This document shows positions 34,973 to 45,142 of a stretch of DNA of 64,000 bases, in pieces. The notes under the pieces were generated by a model, which worked only from the letters and a program-made list of their open reading frames with translations, ran no database searches and had not been told where the DNA came from. Position numbers and translations under genes: made by a program. This DNA is from Candidatus Doudnabacteria bacterium. GTDB taxonomy: Bacteria; Patescibacteriota; Doudnabacteria; UBA920; VMFF01. The DNA is taken from positions 245,458-309,457 of the forward strand of contig JAQBQP010000002.1 of NCBI GenBank assembly GCA_028286905.1. The letters run 5' to 3'. Each line of letters opens with the position of its first letter. The stretch's first letter is position 1.

Positions 34973-35151
34973 ATATTTTAAGATATCAACAACTTTGAAT
35001 ATAAGCAAATGGCTGTAAAGTTGAGTGTGAAAAGTAACGGCTTTTCAAGGAGCGGCTCTTCAACTATAAATGGTATAATATATTTGTTACTTTTATCCGA
35101 AGCTATTCGTATATATAACATCAATCAGAAATAAATAAAATTAAGAAAAAT

Positions 35152-35889
35152 ATGGAAAAAATCCCAAATTGGTTAATGCAAGTTGTAGCAGGACTTTTAG
35201 CGGTTCTTTTAATCGTTTTAATAGTCAGCCAGGTTTATAATGTTCAAAGCAAAACTAAAGAAGTAAACGACAAACATATTATTACTATTTCAGCTGAAGG
35301 CAAAGTTATTGCTAAGCCGGATTTAGTTACAGTTAGCGCCGGAGTACAAACTAATGGCGATACTGCCGTAAATGCTCAAGCGGACAATACCAAGAAGATG
35401 AACGCAGTTATTTCTTATATTAAAAATAAAGTTGGTATCAAAGATGAAGATGTCAGTACCCAAAACTATTCAATTTATCAAAATTACCTTAATGGCAGTT
35501 CGACTCCAAGCGGTTACGTAGTAAATCAAACATTGGTTATTAAACTGCATGATTTAAATAAAGCTAGCGACCTGTTAGCAGGCTTAACTCAAAATGGTAT
35601 CAATCAAGTTCAAAGCGTTGATTACAGTATTAATGATCCAGATAACGTTAGAGAACAAGCAAGAGAGATGGCCTTATCAAATGCAAAAGACAAGGCAAGT
35701 AAACTTGCCAATGCGGCTGGCGTTAAATTAGGACAGTTGGTCTCCTTCTCAGAAAACACTAACCCTGGTGGCCCAATTATATATGATGCCAAAGCATCAG
35801 GCATGGGTGGTGGCGGAGCTAGTCCACAGTTGGAACCGGGAACCCAGGAAGTAACTGCTGATATTAGCGTTACATACGAAATTAAATAA
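35152..35889 (+). CDS. SIMPL (DUF541) domain protein
   Basis: ITISAEGKVIAKPD, AREMALSNAKDKASKLA, LEPGTQEVTADISVTYEI. Confidence 0.9.
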   Translation: MEKIPNWLMQVVAGLLAVLLIVLIVSQVYNVQSKTKEVNDKHIITISAEGKVIAKPDLVTVSAGVQTNGDTAVNAQADNTKKMNAVISYIKNKVGIKDEDVSTQNYSIYQNYLNGSSTPSGYVVNQTLVIKLHDLNKASDLLAGLTQNGINQVQSVDYSINDPDNVREQAREMALSNAKDKASKLANAAGVKLGQLVSFSENTNPGGPIIYDAKASGMGGGGASPQLEPGTQEVTADISVTYEIK

Positions 35890-35930
35890 AATCGTTTCTT
35901 ACAAAATAAATAAAGTTAAATAGTTTAATC

Positions 35931-35968
35931 AAAAAGGATCGTATGCAAAATGCCTACGACCCTTTTTT
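35931..35968. terminator. Bidirectional terminator overlapping the stop of the GC-rich minus-strand ORF
   Basis: AAAAAGGATCGTATGCA-AAA-TGCCTACGACCCTTTTTT. Confidence 0.65.
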
Positions 35969-36409
35969 GATAACACGCGGTGCGCTGTGCCCTGGCGTTC
36001 CGATTGGCCGTTGAGCTGTCGGATTAGAAAGGGTTACAACGATCGGAAGCTGCAGCAGCTCGACATGTGAGCCTCGTGGATCGCTAACCTTCCGAATCCT
36101 TATCGGATCTCCGTTCAGTTCTTCTCGCTGCCTGACGCAATCCTGGAGCCTAGTGGCGATCTGTTGCAACAGATCTGTTGCTTCTGGAAAATCTTCCCGT
36201 AAAGAAAGCATCGATCCGGGCAGCTTGGTGTGCACATAGCGATCCAGGACTGTTACCAGAAACGGATCGTGAACAAGGCACCACCGATTGCTGATTGACC
36301 AGACTTTGATCCAATAAAGCTTTTCGTACCGCTCCAGGTTCATTTCTGGGGGCCGGTCTTCCGAGGGAAGAATTTCGACCACCCGAATAACCTTGTGGTC
36401 CATTTTCAC
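35954..36409 (-). CDS. GC-rich orphan hypothetical protein
   Basis: 151-aa ORF; GAGGTG and AGGAGG upstream; TG-T-TACAAT at 36472-36464; terminator at the stop. Confidence 0.55.
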   Translation of the reverse strand: MKMDHKVIRVVEILPSEDRPPEMNLERYEKLYWIKVWSISNRWCLVHDPFLVTVLDRYVHTKLPGSMLSLREDFPEATDLLQQIATRLQDCVRQREELNGDPIRIRKVSDPRGSHVELLQLPIVVTLSNPTAQRPIGTPGHSAPRVIKKGS

Positions 36410-36493
36410 CTCGCGTGTGTTTTAGTAATCCTCCTGTCAATCTAAACCATTTGTTACGCCCCTATTGTAACACAAAAGCGAAAAAACAAATCC

Positions 36494-36522
36494 TTGCTTT
36501 ATATGGTCTATTATGTTATGAT
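36494..36522 (+). promoter_or_regulatory. rnpB promoter
   Basis: TTGCTT, 17 nt spacer, TATGAT with extended TG, 6 nt before the RNA 5' end. Confidence 0.7.
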
Positions 36523-36528
36523 CATACG

Positions 36529-36911
36529 GCCTCAAGTAATCTAGATAATCGCTGCTTGGTTTACCAAGTAGAGGAAAGTCCGAACACCCCTAGGTGCGAA
36601 CTTAGGAAGCAAGTTGCCAGGAAATCTGGCCGGGTATACCCAGGTTTGAATGGTTCACGTGACTGTTCAAGAATGGATTAAGCCCAGGGATAGTGCAACA
36701 GAAACATGTCGCCGATGGCCGGTCGTAAGATCGGATCAGGTAAGATTGAAATCGTGCGGTAAGAGCGCACGCGTATGTGCAGAGATGTACTGCGGTGAAA
36801 ACCCAACTTGGTGCAAGGCCAAATAGGCCTTGATCGTAAGATCAGGGCGGGTTGGCTGCTTAGACAGATGATTATCCTCGACAGAATTCGGCTTACCGGG
36901 TTGCTTGAGGC
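36529..36911 (+). ncRNA. rnpB: RNase P RNA
   Basis: GAGGAAAGTCCGAACAC, AGTGCAACAGAAA, GGTAAGAG, GCAAG, ACAGAATTCGGCTTA; P1 pairing GCCTCAAGTAATC / GGTTGCTTGAGGC. Confidence 0.96.
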
Positions 36912-36928
36912 AAACTAAAGTTTTCTTT

Positions 36929-38371
36929 ATGAAGCGTACCGAACTTTTTTTTAACATCGTTTCAATTCCTGTAGACATCATTAGCCTGATTTTAGCCGGC
37001 TTGGTGTCTTTTTATATTAGATTAAGGTTGGATCCATTGATTCCAATCTCTTTTAATTTAAATTTTCAAAATTATTTAATGATTTTATCAAAAGCGATTC
37101 CAGCGCTTTTGATAATTTTTGCTTTTGCGGGACTGTATAATTTAAAAGGAACGCGGCGATTTTCAACAGAATTTTATAAAGTGATCGTGGCAATCTCGAT
37201 GGCGTTATTGCTGATGGTTTTGATTTTCTTTTTTGATCAAACCGTTTTTCCATCGCGTTTAATTATGCTGGTGGCGTGGTTTGCTGGAATCATTTTCGTA
37301 CTGATCGGCAGATTTATTTTGAAAAAAATCCAAGTTGCTTATTTAAGTCGTGGCTACGGGCTTAGAAAGTTACTAGTAATCAGAGGGAACACCGGAGAAG
37401 ACGATACGGTTATAAATTATGTCCGAACCCATCGAGATTTAGGATATCAAGTTATTGCGGAATTTGAAGACAGTCCGGATCTAGTGGAAAAAATGAATGC
37501 GTTATTTTTTAAAACTAAGTACGAAGAAATTTTACAAGCAAATTTCCAACTTTCTCCGGAAACAAACGCCAAACTTGCGCAATTTGCACGTAATAAAGGC
37601 TTGGTTTATAACTTTGTGCCCAATATATTTGATGTTCAAAAAAAGAACGTCGAGTCTAGCGATATTGAGGGGATTCCAGTCATATCCCTAAAGAATACGC
37701 CGTTAGACGGTTGGGGCCAGGTTTACAAAAGAGCTTTTGATGTTATTGTTTCAGCAATTTGTTTGATAATTACTTCGCCTGTATTCTTAGTTTTGGCAAT
37801 TTCAGTAAAACTGGATTCGAAAGGGAAAGTTTTGTATGCTGCTCCACGTGCCGGACGGGATAAGGCGTTTCAATTTTATAAATTCCGCACGATGTTTAGT
37901 CATTTAAGCGTGGGTAAAGAATACGGCGGAGAAGAAGCCGAAAAGATTCGCCAAGAGCTTTGGAAGCAAAATGCTCGAGGCGGCCAAGAAGCGGCATTTT
38001 TGAAAATAAAAGAAGACCCGCGAGTTACAAAGATTGGAAAATTTTTACGTAAATCTAAATTGGATGAAGTCCCTCAATTTTGGAATGTTCTAAAAGGGGA
38101 CATGAGTATGGTCGGACCACGCGCGCATGTTTTGGATGAAGTTGATCGATATAAAGATCATTATCCAAGAATGTTCACAGTAAAACCGGGAATTTTTGGG
38201 TTATCTCAAATTGCCCAGCTATCTTGGCCAGATTTGCCTTTTGATGAAGAAATTCGTTTGAACACTTATTATATTGAAAACTGGTCGATTAAAATGGACC
38301 TAGTGGTTTTATTTAAGACTTTTTATTTTCTGTTTTTAAGCCCCAAAAAACAGCTAGAGAATAATTACTAA
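36929..38371 (+). CDS. Polyprenyl-phosphate sugar phosphotransferase (WcaJ/WbaP family)
   Basis: KRAFD, YKFRTM, DPRVTKIGKFLRKSKLDEVPQFWNVLKGDMSMVGPR. Confidence 0.93.
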   Translation: MKRTELFFNIVSIPVDIISLILAGLVSFYIRLRLDPLIPISFNLNFQNYLMILSKAIPALLIIFAFAGLYNLKGTRRFSTEFYKVIVAISMALLLMVLIFFFDQTVFPSRLIMLVAWFAGIIFVLIGRFILKKIQVAYLSRGYGLRKLLVIRGNTGEDDTVINYVRTHRDLGYQVIAEFEDSPDLVEKMNALFFKTKYEEILQANFQLSPETNAKLAQFARNKGLVYNFVPNIFDVQKKNVESSDIEGIPVISLKNTPLDGWGQVYKRAFDVIVSAICLIITSPVFLVLAISVKLDSKGKVLYAAPRAGRDKAFQFYKFRTMFSHLSVGKEYGGEEAEKIRQELWKQNARGGQEAAFLKIKEDPRVTKIGKFLRKSKLDEVPQFWNVLKGDMSMVGPRAHVLDEVDRYKDHYPRMFTVKPGIFGLSQIAQLSWPDLPFDEEIRLNTYYIENWSIKMDLVVLFKTFYFLFLSPKKQLENNY

Positions 38372-38373
38372 TT

Positions 38374-39453
38374 ATGAAAACTGCCTTAGTGCACGATTCA
38401 ATTACTCAACTAGGCGGCGCCGAAAGAGTTTTGGAAGCTTTGCACGAACTTTATCCAGAAGCGCCAATCTTCACCTTGGTTTATGATCAAAAGTTGAAAG
38501 AACATTTTGAAGGCTGGACAATTGTTTCTTCACCGTTACAGTACCTCTATAATATTATTCCGAGGTTTCAGTGGATGTTGCCTTTTATTCCGATTGCTTT
38601 GAAATTTTTTGATTTTTCAAAGTTTGATTTAGTAATTTCATCATCTTCAGTTTTTGCCAAAAATATCACTGTTCCAAAAGGAGTGATACACATTGATTAT
38701 TGTCATAGTCCGGCAAGATTTCTATGGTCTGAATCCGAAAGCTATGTTCATGATGAAGTGCCTTGGCTTTTGCGACCAATCGTTAAAGTTTTTTTGACTT
38801 GGATGCGCAAATGGGACTACCAGAAAGCTCAGCAAGTAGATTTTTTTATTGCCAATTCCGATAACATCCAAAAGAAAATCAAACTCTATTACAAAAGAGA
38901 GAGCTTGGTTATTCATCCATGCATTGATGCAGAAAAGTTTTACCCTTCAATGCCGAAAGAAGATTACTTTTTAATTGCGGCCCGGCTGCAAATCCATAAA
39001 CGCATTGATCTTGCAATTGAAGCTTTTAATCAGCTTGGAATTGCTTTGCATGTCGTAGGAACTGGTCGAGACGAGCAACGCTTAAAAAATATGGCCAATG
39101 AAAAAATTGTTTTTTTAGGTCGAGTTGAAGATCCGATTTTATGTAATGAGTATTCCGCAGCAAAAGGTTTTATTTTTCCACAAGATGAAGATTTTGGTTT
39201 AACGCCGCTGGAGGCGAATGCCGCTGGAACGGCAGTGATTGCTTATAAAAAGGGCGGCGCCTTAGAAACAGTAATTGAAAATAAAACTGGAATATTTTTT
39301 GACAAGCTCGAAGTGGAAAGTTTAAAAGACGCTGTTCGAAAGTTTAATACTATAAATTTTAACAGCGAAGATCTTTTTGAACAAGCGGACAAATTTAGCA
39401 AGGATAATTTTAAAGCTAAATTCGAATACTTTGTAAATGAAAAAATAAAATAA
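38374..39453 (+). CDS. Glycosyltransferase family 4
   Basis: VHD...GGAERVL, YCHSPAR, EDFGLTPLEA. Confidence 0.92.
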   Translation: MKTALVHDSITQLGGAERVLEALHELYPEAPIFTLVYDQKLKEHFEGWTIVSSPLQYLYNIIPRFQWMLPFIPIALKFFDFSKFDLVISSSSVFAKNITVPKGVIHIDYCHSPARFLWSESESYVHDEVPWLLRPIVKVFLTWMRKWDYQKAQQVDFFIANSDNIQKKIKLYYKRESLVIHPCIDAEKFYPSMPKEDYFLIAARLQIHKRIDLAIEAFNQLGIALHVVGTGRDEQRLKNMANEKIVFLGRVEDPILCNEYSAAKGFIFPQDEDFGLTPLEANAAGTAVIAYKKGGALETVIENKTGIFFDKLEVESLKDAVRKFNTINFNSEDLFEQADKFSKDNFKAKFEYFVNEKIK

Positions 39454-40589
39454 TGGCTATTGCTGTTGACTTAAGAAGCTTAATGGAAACAGGCGGAAAA
39501 ATTTCTGGAGTAGAAAATTATCTACTTAACGTTTTGGATCGTTTGCCTGTTGCTCAGAGCAATAAGCAAATTGAATATTTTGGCTTTTGCAACAGTTATC
39601 GCCCGGTAATGCTGCCTGAGATTAAACAAAGCCTAACAGTTAAAAAAACCAAGATTCCTAATAAAATCCTAAATGCCGGCTTAACTTTTTTTAATCAACC
39701 AAAGTTTGAAAACCTATACGGACAATTTGAAATTCTGTGGTTGCCGGATTTGCGCCCTTTTGCCATTAGCGATAAAACTAAGTTGGCAATTACAGTACAT
39801 GATTTATCACCTGTAATGCATCCGAAGCTCTACTCTCTAAAAAGAAGAATTTGGCATCATGTTGTGCGGTATCAAAAATCTTTTGATCGGGCGAATATAA
39901 TTTTTGCTGTTTCGGAGTATACCAAATATGATTTGATAAAAATATTCAAAATTAACCCGGATAAAATTAAAGTCATTTACTCCGGAATTGATCACCAGCG
40001 TTTTAATCAAAATTTGGATAATAAAATCAAAGAACAGCTACGACAAAAATACAATTTGCCAAAAAGATTCATACTTTCAATTAGTACAATCGAACCACGC
40101 AAAAATATTTCTACGCTTATTGCTGCTTTTGAAAGAATTAAGGATCAGGACGTCAATTTAGTAATTGCCGGAAGGCTCGGCTGGCTTTATAAGGATTTGT
40201 TGAAACAAATTGAAAAATCTCCGAAGCGCAATCAAATTCTATTGACCGGTTACATTAATGAAACAGATAAACCGTATTTAATTTCATTATCAGAGATTCT
40301 TTGTTATCCTTCCTATTATGAAGGGTTTGGTTTCGTTCCTTTGGAAGCAATGGCCTGCGGCGTGCCGGTAATTAGCTCAACCCGCACATCAATGCCGGAA
40401 ATTTGTGAAGATGCCGCGCTATTAGTAGAGCCATCTTCTTTAACGGATTTAACTACTGCTTTAAACGCTTTGTTAGAGAACCAAAGCTTGCGTGAAGATT
40501 TTATTGCCAAAGGGCTGGTTCAAGCTAAAAAGTTTAACTGGGATAAAACGGTTCAACAAATAAATAATTACTTAATGGAACTGGCATGA
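39453..40589 (+). CDS. Glycosyltransferase family 4
   Basis: [26 protein letters not shown]. Confidence 0.92.
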   Translation: MAIAVDLRSLMETGGKISGVENYLLNVLDRLPVAQSNKQIEYFGFCNSYRPVMLPEIKQSLTVKKTKIPNKILNAGLTFFNQPKFENLYGQFEILWLPDLRPFAISDKTKLAITVHDLSPVMHPKLYSLKRRIWHHVVRYQKSFDRANIIFAVSEYTKYDLIKIFKINPDKIKVIYSGIDHQRFNQNLDNKIKEQLRQKYNLPKRFILSISTIEPRKNISTLIAAFERIKDQDVNLVIAGRLGWLYKDLLKQIEKSPKRNQILLTGYINETDKPYLISLSEILCYPSYYEGFGFVPLEAMACGVPVISSTRTSMPEICEDAALLVEPSSLTDLTTALNALLENQSLREDFIAKGLVQAKKFNWDKTVQQINNYLMELA

Positions 40590-41698
40590 GAATAGGTTTG
40601 GATTTAAGAATGGCAGGTAACGAGTACGGCATTGGCCGGTACTCTTTTGAGCTGGCCAAAAAAATCTTAGAACTGGACCGTAATAATGAGTACGTTTTAT
40701 TTGTATGCGATCCTTTAAAGTTTATAAAAGCGGGTTTAGATATGCATCAAAATGTTAAAATCATAGTTGCGGATTTTAAACATTATAGTTTTGAAGAACA
40801 GTTAAAATTTCCAAATTTAATTCGTTCCGAAAAAATCGATTTGATGCATTTCTTAAATTTCAACGTACCAATCTCTTATGACTTGCCATTCGTAGTGACA
40901 ATTCATGATATGATCCATCATCGCTTGCCAGGAAATAAAAAATCCAGATTTTTGCACCGCCTCGCTTACAAAGCGGTTATCCGGCATGCCGCATTGGCTT
41001 CTAAAAAAATAATTACTGTATCAAATTTTTCAAAAAAAGAAATATTGGAAATATTTAAAATCAACCCATCTAAAATAGAAGTTATTTACGAGGCGGCAAT
41101 TCCGGTGCCAGTTACTGATTCAGATGTTACTGAAGTGCGCCAGCGTTACGCAATTTCCAAACCATATATTATTTTTGTTGGAGTTATGGAAAGAAAGAAA
41201 AATATCCTTAACCTAACTAAAGCTTTGGATATTGTAAAAGATAAATATCAGTTAAATATTCAAATGGTATTAGCTGGTAAAGTTGACCCGCACTATCCGG
41301 AAATTTTAGAACAAGCCCAGCAAATTAAATATCGAAAAGATTTAATTGTTACTGGAATTATCACCGATAAAGAAAAATATTCATTGTTTAAGGGCGCGAA
41401 GGCATTTGTGTCAGCATCTTTGTTTGAAGGTTTTGGCTTGCCCGGAGTAGAGGCAATGAGCTTAGGCGTTCCTTTAATTGTTTCTAATACGGAAGTTTTT
41501 AATGAAGTTTATGATAATGCTGCAATTTATTTTGATGCCGAGGATCCGGAAGACATCGCTCAAAAAATAGTTTTGTTAATCAAAGATGATAAATATAGAG
41601 AGTTAATCGCGAATCAGGCGTATAGCCGTGCTCAATATTTCTCTTGGGATACTGCAGCAGAACAAACAATTGAAGCTTATAACAGCTTAAAAATATGA
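40586..41698 (+). CDS. Glycosyltransferase family 4
   Basis: GIGRY, TIHD, SLFEGFGLPGVEAM. Confidence 0.92.
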   Translation: MRIGLDLRMAGNEYGIGRYSFELAKKILELDRNNEYVLFVCDPLKFIKAGLDMHQNVKIIVADFKHYSFEEQLKFPNLIRSEKIDLMHFLNFNVPISYDLPFVVTIHDMIHHRLPGNKKSRFLHRLAYKAVIRHAALASKKIITVSNFSKKEILEIFKINPSKIEVIYEAAIPVPVTDSDVTEVRQRYAISKPYIIFVGVMERKKNILNLTKALDIVKDKYQLNIQMVLAGKVDPHYPEILEQAQQIKYRKDLIVTGIITDKEKYSLFKGAKAFVSASLFEGFGLPGVEAMSLGVPLIVSNTEVFNEVYDNAAIYFDAEDPEDIAQKIVLLIKDDKYRELIANQAYSRAQYFSWDTAAEQTIEAYNSLKI

Positions 41699-42801
41699 AA
41701 ATTTTACTAACCGGCGGCGGCAGTGGCGGTCCGGTAATGCCTTTAATTGCAGTGCAACAAAAAATTAACTCAGAATTTCCTGAAACCGAATTTTTATTCA
41801 TTGGCACGAAAAACGGACCGGAAAGTGAAATGGTTGCAAAGTACCATCTGCCTTTTGTCGCGATTTCGGCTGGGAAATGGCGTCGTTATTTTACAATTAA
41901 AAATCTTTTGACTCCTTTCCAGGTTTTTAATGGATTCGTAAAAGCCACTTCAATTATAAAAACCTTTCAGCCGGATGTTATTTTTGCGGCAGGAGGATTC
42001 GTTTCTGTTCCAGTTATTTTGGCTGGATGGCTTCTGCGAAAAAAAATAGTAATTCACCAACAAGATGTTCAACCAAGTTTAACTAATCAGTTGGTGGCAC
42101 CCTTAGCAACTAAAATAACAGTTACTTTTGAAAGTTCTTTAAAAGACTTTAGAATTAGCAGCGGCTTCTTTTTGACTCCTGTAAATTCTAAGACTGGAAA
42201 TGAAAAAATTATTTGGACTGGTAATCCTGTTAGAGAAGAATTGCTCCATCCTAAAAAAGACTTAAAAGAAATGAAAAAAGATTTTAATATTGATGATAAC
42301 CAGTTAGTAATTTTATTCTTAGGGGGTGGTACCGGCGCTGCGGCGCTAAACCAAATACTTTTCGAAGCGTTGCCAGAACTGGTAAAATTTAGCCATATAA
42401 TTCATTCGACCGGTAAAGGTAAAGGAATAGATTTTAAAAATCCTGGATATCATCCTTACGAATTAATTTCGAACATGAATGAAGCTTATGCCGTTGCAGA
42501 TATTGTAATTTCACGAGCGGGCCTCTCAACTATTACCGAGCTTATTGCTTTGAAGAAAGTAAGTATTATTATCCCAATGCCAAATAGCCACCAAGAAAGC
42601 AATGCCACGATCTTAAATATAAACGACGCCGCAATTTGCTTTGATCAAGATAAATTAAATGCTGAAACTCTAATATCAATAATCAGAAAAATCATGTATG
42701 ATGCTCAATGGCAAAAGCAATTGAAAGATAACCTTCAGAAAATCATGCCAATTGATGCTACGGCGCGAATTTCAAAAATAATTTTATCCTTATGCCAATA
42801 A
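41695..42801 (+). CDS. murG: Lipid II GlcNAc transferase MurG
   Basis: TGGGSGGP, GGFVSVP, TGNPVR, GGGTGA, SRAG, HQESNA. Confidence 0.93.
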   Translation: MKILLTGGGSGGPVMPLIAVQQKINSEFPETEFLFIGTKNGPESEMVAKYHLPFVAISAGKWRRYFTIKNLLTPFQVFNGFVKATSIIKTFQPDVIFAAGGFVSVPVILAGWLLRKKIVIHQQDVQPSLTNQLVAPLATKITVTFESSLKDFRISSGFFLTPVNSKTGNEKIIWTGNPVREELLHPKKDLKEMKKDFNIDDNQLVILFLGGGTGAAALNQILFEALPELVKFSHIIHSTGKGKGIDFKNPGYHPYELISNMNEAYAVADIVISRAGLSTITELIALKKVSIIIPMPNSHQESNATILNINDAAICFDQDKLNAETLISIIRKIMYDAQWQKQLKDNLQKIMPIDATARISKIILSLCQ

Positions 42802-43721
42802 ATCTAAAACCCAGACAAAAGAAAAAAATCGCATTAGCAATGGCTGGGGCAGGCGCCCGCGCGGTGATGTATTTTGGTATTTTAGATGTTTTCAAGGAGC
42901 ATGGTATTGAAATTGATATGATTTCTGCCTGCAGCAGCGCAACTTTTGTTGCTTGCAGTTATGCCTGTGGGACCTTAGACGCGCTTAAAAAACGCGCTTT
43001 TGAATTAGACCAAAAAGAGCTTTTTGACATGTTCGAGCCAAGTAAAAAAGGCGGAATTTTTTCTTTAGATAAAGTAGAACAAGAACTTAGCTCGCTGATT
43101 ACCGTTGATGACTTAGAACAGCTGCCAATTCCTGTTTCAATCGTTGCTTCGGACATCGTGCATGGCGAGGAAGTTGTTTTCACAATGGGGAATATTGCCC
43201 GTGCGATCAAAGCCTCTTGTTCAATGCCGGGTTTGTTTGAACCGGTGGTTTGGGGGAATAAAATTCTTTTAGACGGCGGTCTTTTTAGCATCATTCCAGT
43301 AGAAGCTGCCAAAGCATGGAAGCCGGATATAATTATTGGAATCGACTTAGCAACTAGCAGGAACCTTTTTGGCAGTAAGATTTTAAGTATGAAGCGAAAC
43401 TATAATAGATTGGCTAAACCAATTTACTTCGTTTACCGGACCGGCAAGCGCTTAACAAACTATCTATTTCCACGTGAAGACGATCCAATGACTATTGATA
43501 ACGTCAAAACCCCAAACGTTTTACAAATTTTAGACCGAGCCATGGACTACGCTTTAATTGAAAGAAAACGCGGCGAATATTTTAGCTGTGATGTTGTAAT
43601 CACTCCGGATGTTAAAGGCTATGGAGATATTGCATTGAAAAAAACTGAAGCAATGTACATGGAAGGGCGTCGAGCAGCAGAAATGGCGATTCCCGAAATT
43701 CAAGCTTTATTAAACTCATAA
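42792..43721 (+). CDS. Patatin-like phospholipase
   Basis: AGAGAR, ACSSA elbow, ASCSMPGLFEP, LDGG. Confidence 0.85.
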   Translation: MPINLKPRQKKKIALAMAGAGARAVMYFGILDVFKEHGIEIDMISACSSATFVACSYACGTLDALKKRAFELDQKELFDMFEPSKKGGIFSLDKVEQELSSLITVDDLEQLPIPVSIVASDIVHGEEVVFTMGNIARAIKASCSMPGLFEPVVWGNKILLDGGLFSIIPVEAAKAWKPDIIIGIDLATSRNLFGSKILSMKRNYNRLAKPIYFVYRTGKRLTNYLFPREDDPMTIDNVKTPNVLQILDRAMDYALIERKRGEYFSCDVVITPDVKGYGDIALKKTEAMYMEGRRAAEMAIPEIQALLNS

Positions 43722-43722
43722 A

Positions 43723-45141
43723 ATGAATTTAGATAATATAAAAAAAATATATTTTATTGGGATCGGCGGAATTGGCATGTCTGCTGCTGCTGGTATTGCG
43801 CGAGCAAAGGGCTTCGAGGTTTCTGGTTCCGATGCCGCTGATATTTACCAGCCGTCTAAAGGAATTTTGGATCAGTTTAAAATTGATTATAAAATTGGCT
43901 ATAATGCCGATAATTTTCAAGGGGCTGATTTGGTAGTTGTAACAACGGCAGTAGATAATAAGAACCCAGAACTAGTTAAAGCCATAAACCTGACCGTTCC
44001 AATTATCGGCTTCGCGGAATTGTTGGGGACTTTAACAATCGATAAAAATCGAATCGTGGTAGTAGGTACGCATGGGAAAGGCACTACTTCCGGCTTAATT
44101 TCTTATGCTTTAAAGAATTTGAATGATTCAGGATTTTTTGTCGGCGGTGTTCTAAACAATTTTCAAACAAACTTCTATTTTGGCAAAGGAAAAGATTTTG
44201 TTTTGGAAGGGGACGAATATAAATCTACATACAACAACAGCAGCCCAAAATTTTCATATTATTTCCCAAACATTCTTTTAATAAATAATATTGAATTTGA
44301 TCACCCGGATCTTTATCCAACTTTAGAAGCATTCAAAGAGCCTTTTCACGCTCTGGCTGAGCAGATGCCAGAAACAAGCTTAATTGTTTATAATGCCGAC
44401 GATCAAAATGTTGTCGATGTAATTCGAAATACTAAAGCTAGAAAACTTGGTTTTGGATTTTCAGATTTTGCTGAAATCAAAGCACATAGAATCGAGCCAA
44501 GTAACGGAACTTTCAAAATCAAAATCACCTGGAATGAAGCTTTATTAAATCTTAAAGAAGATATTTTTAGCACCCAGCTGCCCGGGTTGCCGTATGCCTA
44601 TGATAACCTTGCAGCAATTGCGGTCTTAATTAGCATCGGCTTTTCAGCTGAGCAAATCAAAGGCTATACTGAAAGCTATACCGGCATAAAACGACGTTAC
44701 GAAATCATTGAAAATGATGAAATTGCAATAATAGATGATTACGCCCATCATCCCACCGCAGTGCGGCAGACTTTAGAAGCGACCCGCCAAAAATATCCGC
44801 AAAGACGCATTATTTGTTTCTTTGAACCGCATACTTACTCACGGACACGCGAAACCTTGGACCAGCTAGCAAAAGCTTTTAATAGCGCAGATTTGGTCTA
44901 TTTGGCTGAGGTCTATCCGGCTCGTGAACAAAAACTTCCTTCCAGTATTAGTTCTGCCGAGGTGGTTGAAAAGATTATAAAAAATCAACCAAACGTTATC
45001 TATGTAAAAGATAAAGTTGACGCTTTAGAAAAGTTTAAAAAAGTTGTTAAAAAAGATGATGTTATAGTAGTTATGGCAGTTGGTTCATTTAACACTTTGG
45101 TTTATGATTTAAAAGACGCTTATAAGAATCTTATAAAATAA
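43723..45141 (+). CDS. murC: UDP-N-acetylmuramate--L-alanine ligase (MurC/Mpl family)
   Basis: GIGGIGMS, GTHGKGTT, EGDEY, DHPD, DDYAHHPT, FEPHTYSRT. Confidence 0.85.
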   Translation: MNLDNIKKIYFIGIGGIGMSAAAGIARAKGFEVSGSDAADIYQPSKGILDQFKIDYKIGYNADNFQGADLVVVTTAVDNKNPELVKAINLTVPIIGFAELLGTLTIDKNRIVVVGTHGKGTTSGLISYALKNLNDSGFFVGGVLNNFQTNFYFGKGKDFVLEGDEYKSTYNNSSPKFSYYFPNILLINNIEFDHPDLYPTLEAFKEPFHALAEQMPETSLIVYNADDQNVVDVIRNTKARKLGFGFSDFAEIKAHRIEPSNGTFKIKITWNEALLNLKEDIFSTQLPGLPYAYDNLAAIAVLISIGFSAEQIKGYTESYTGIKRRYEIIENDEIAIIDDYAHHPTAVRQTLEATRQKYPQRRIICFFEPHTYSRTRETLDQLAKAFNSADLVYLAEVYPAREQKLPSSISSAEVVEKIIKNQPNVIYVKDKVDALEKFKKVVKKDDVIVVMAVGSFNTLVYDLKDAYKNLIK

Positions 45142-45142
45142 T

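Noticed and set aside
36150-36981. ORFs 36150..36440, 36415..36681 and 36736..36981
   Set aside because: They overlap rnpB, its promoter or the better-supported ORF; spurious.
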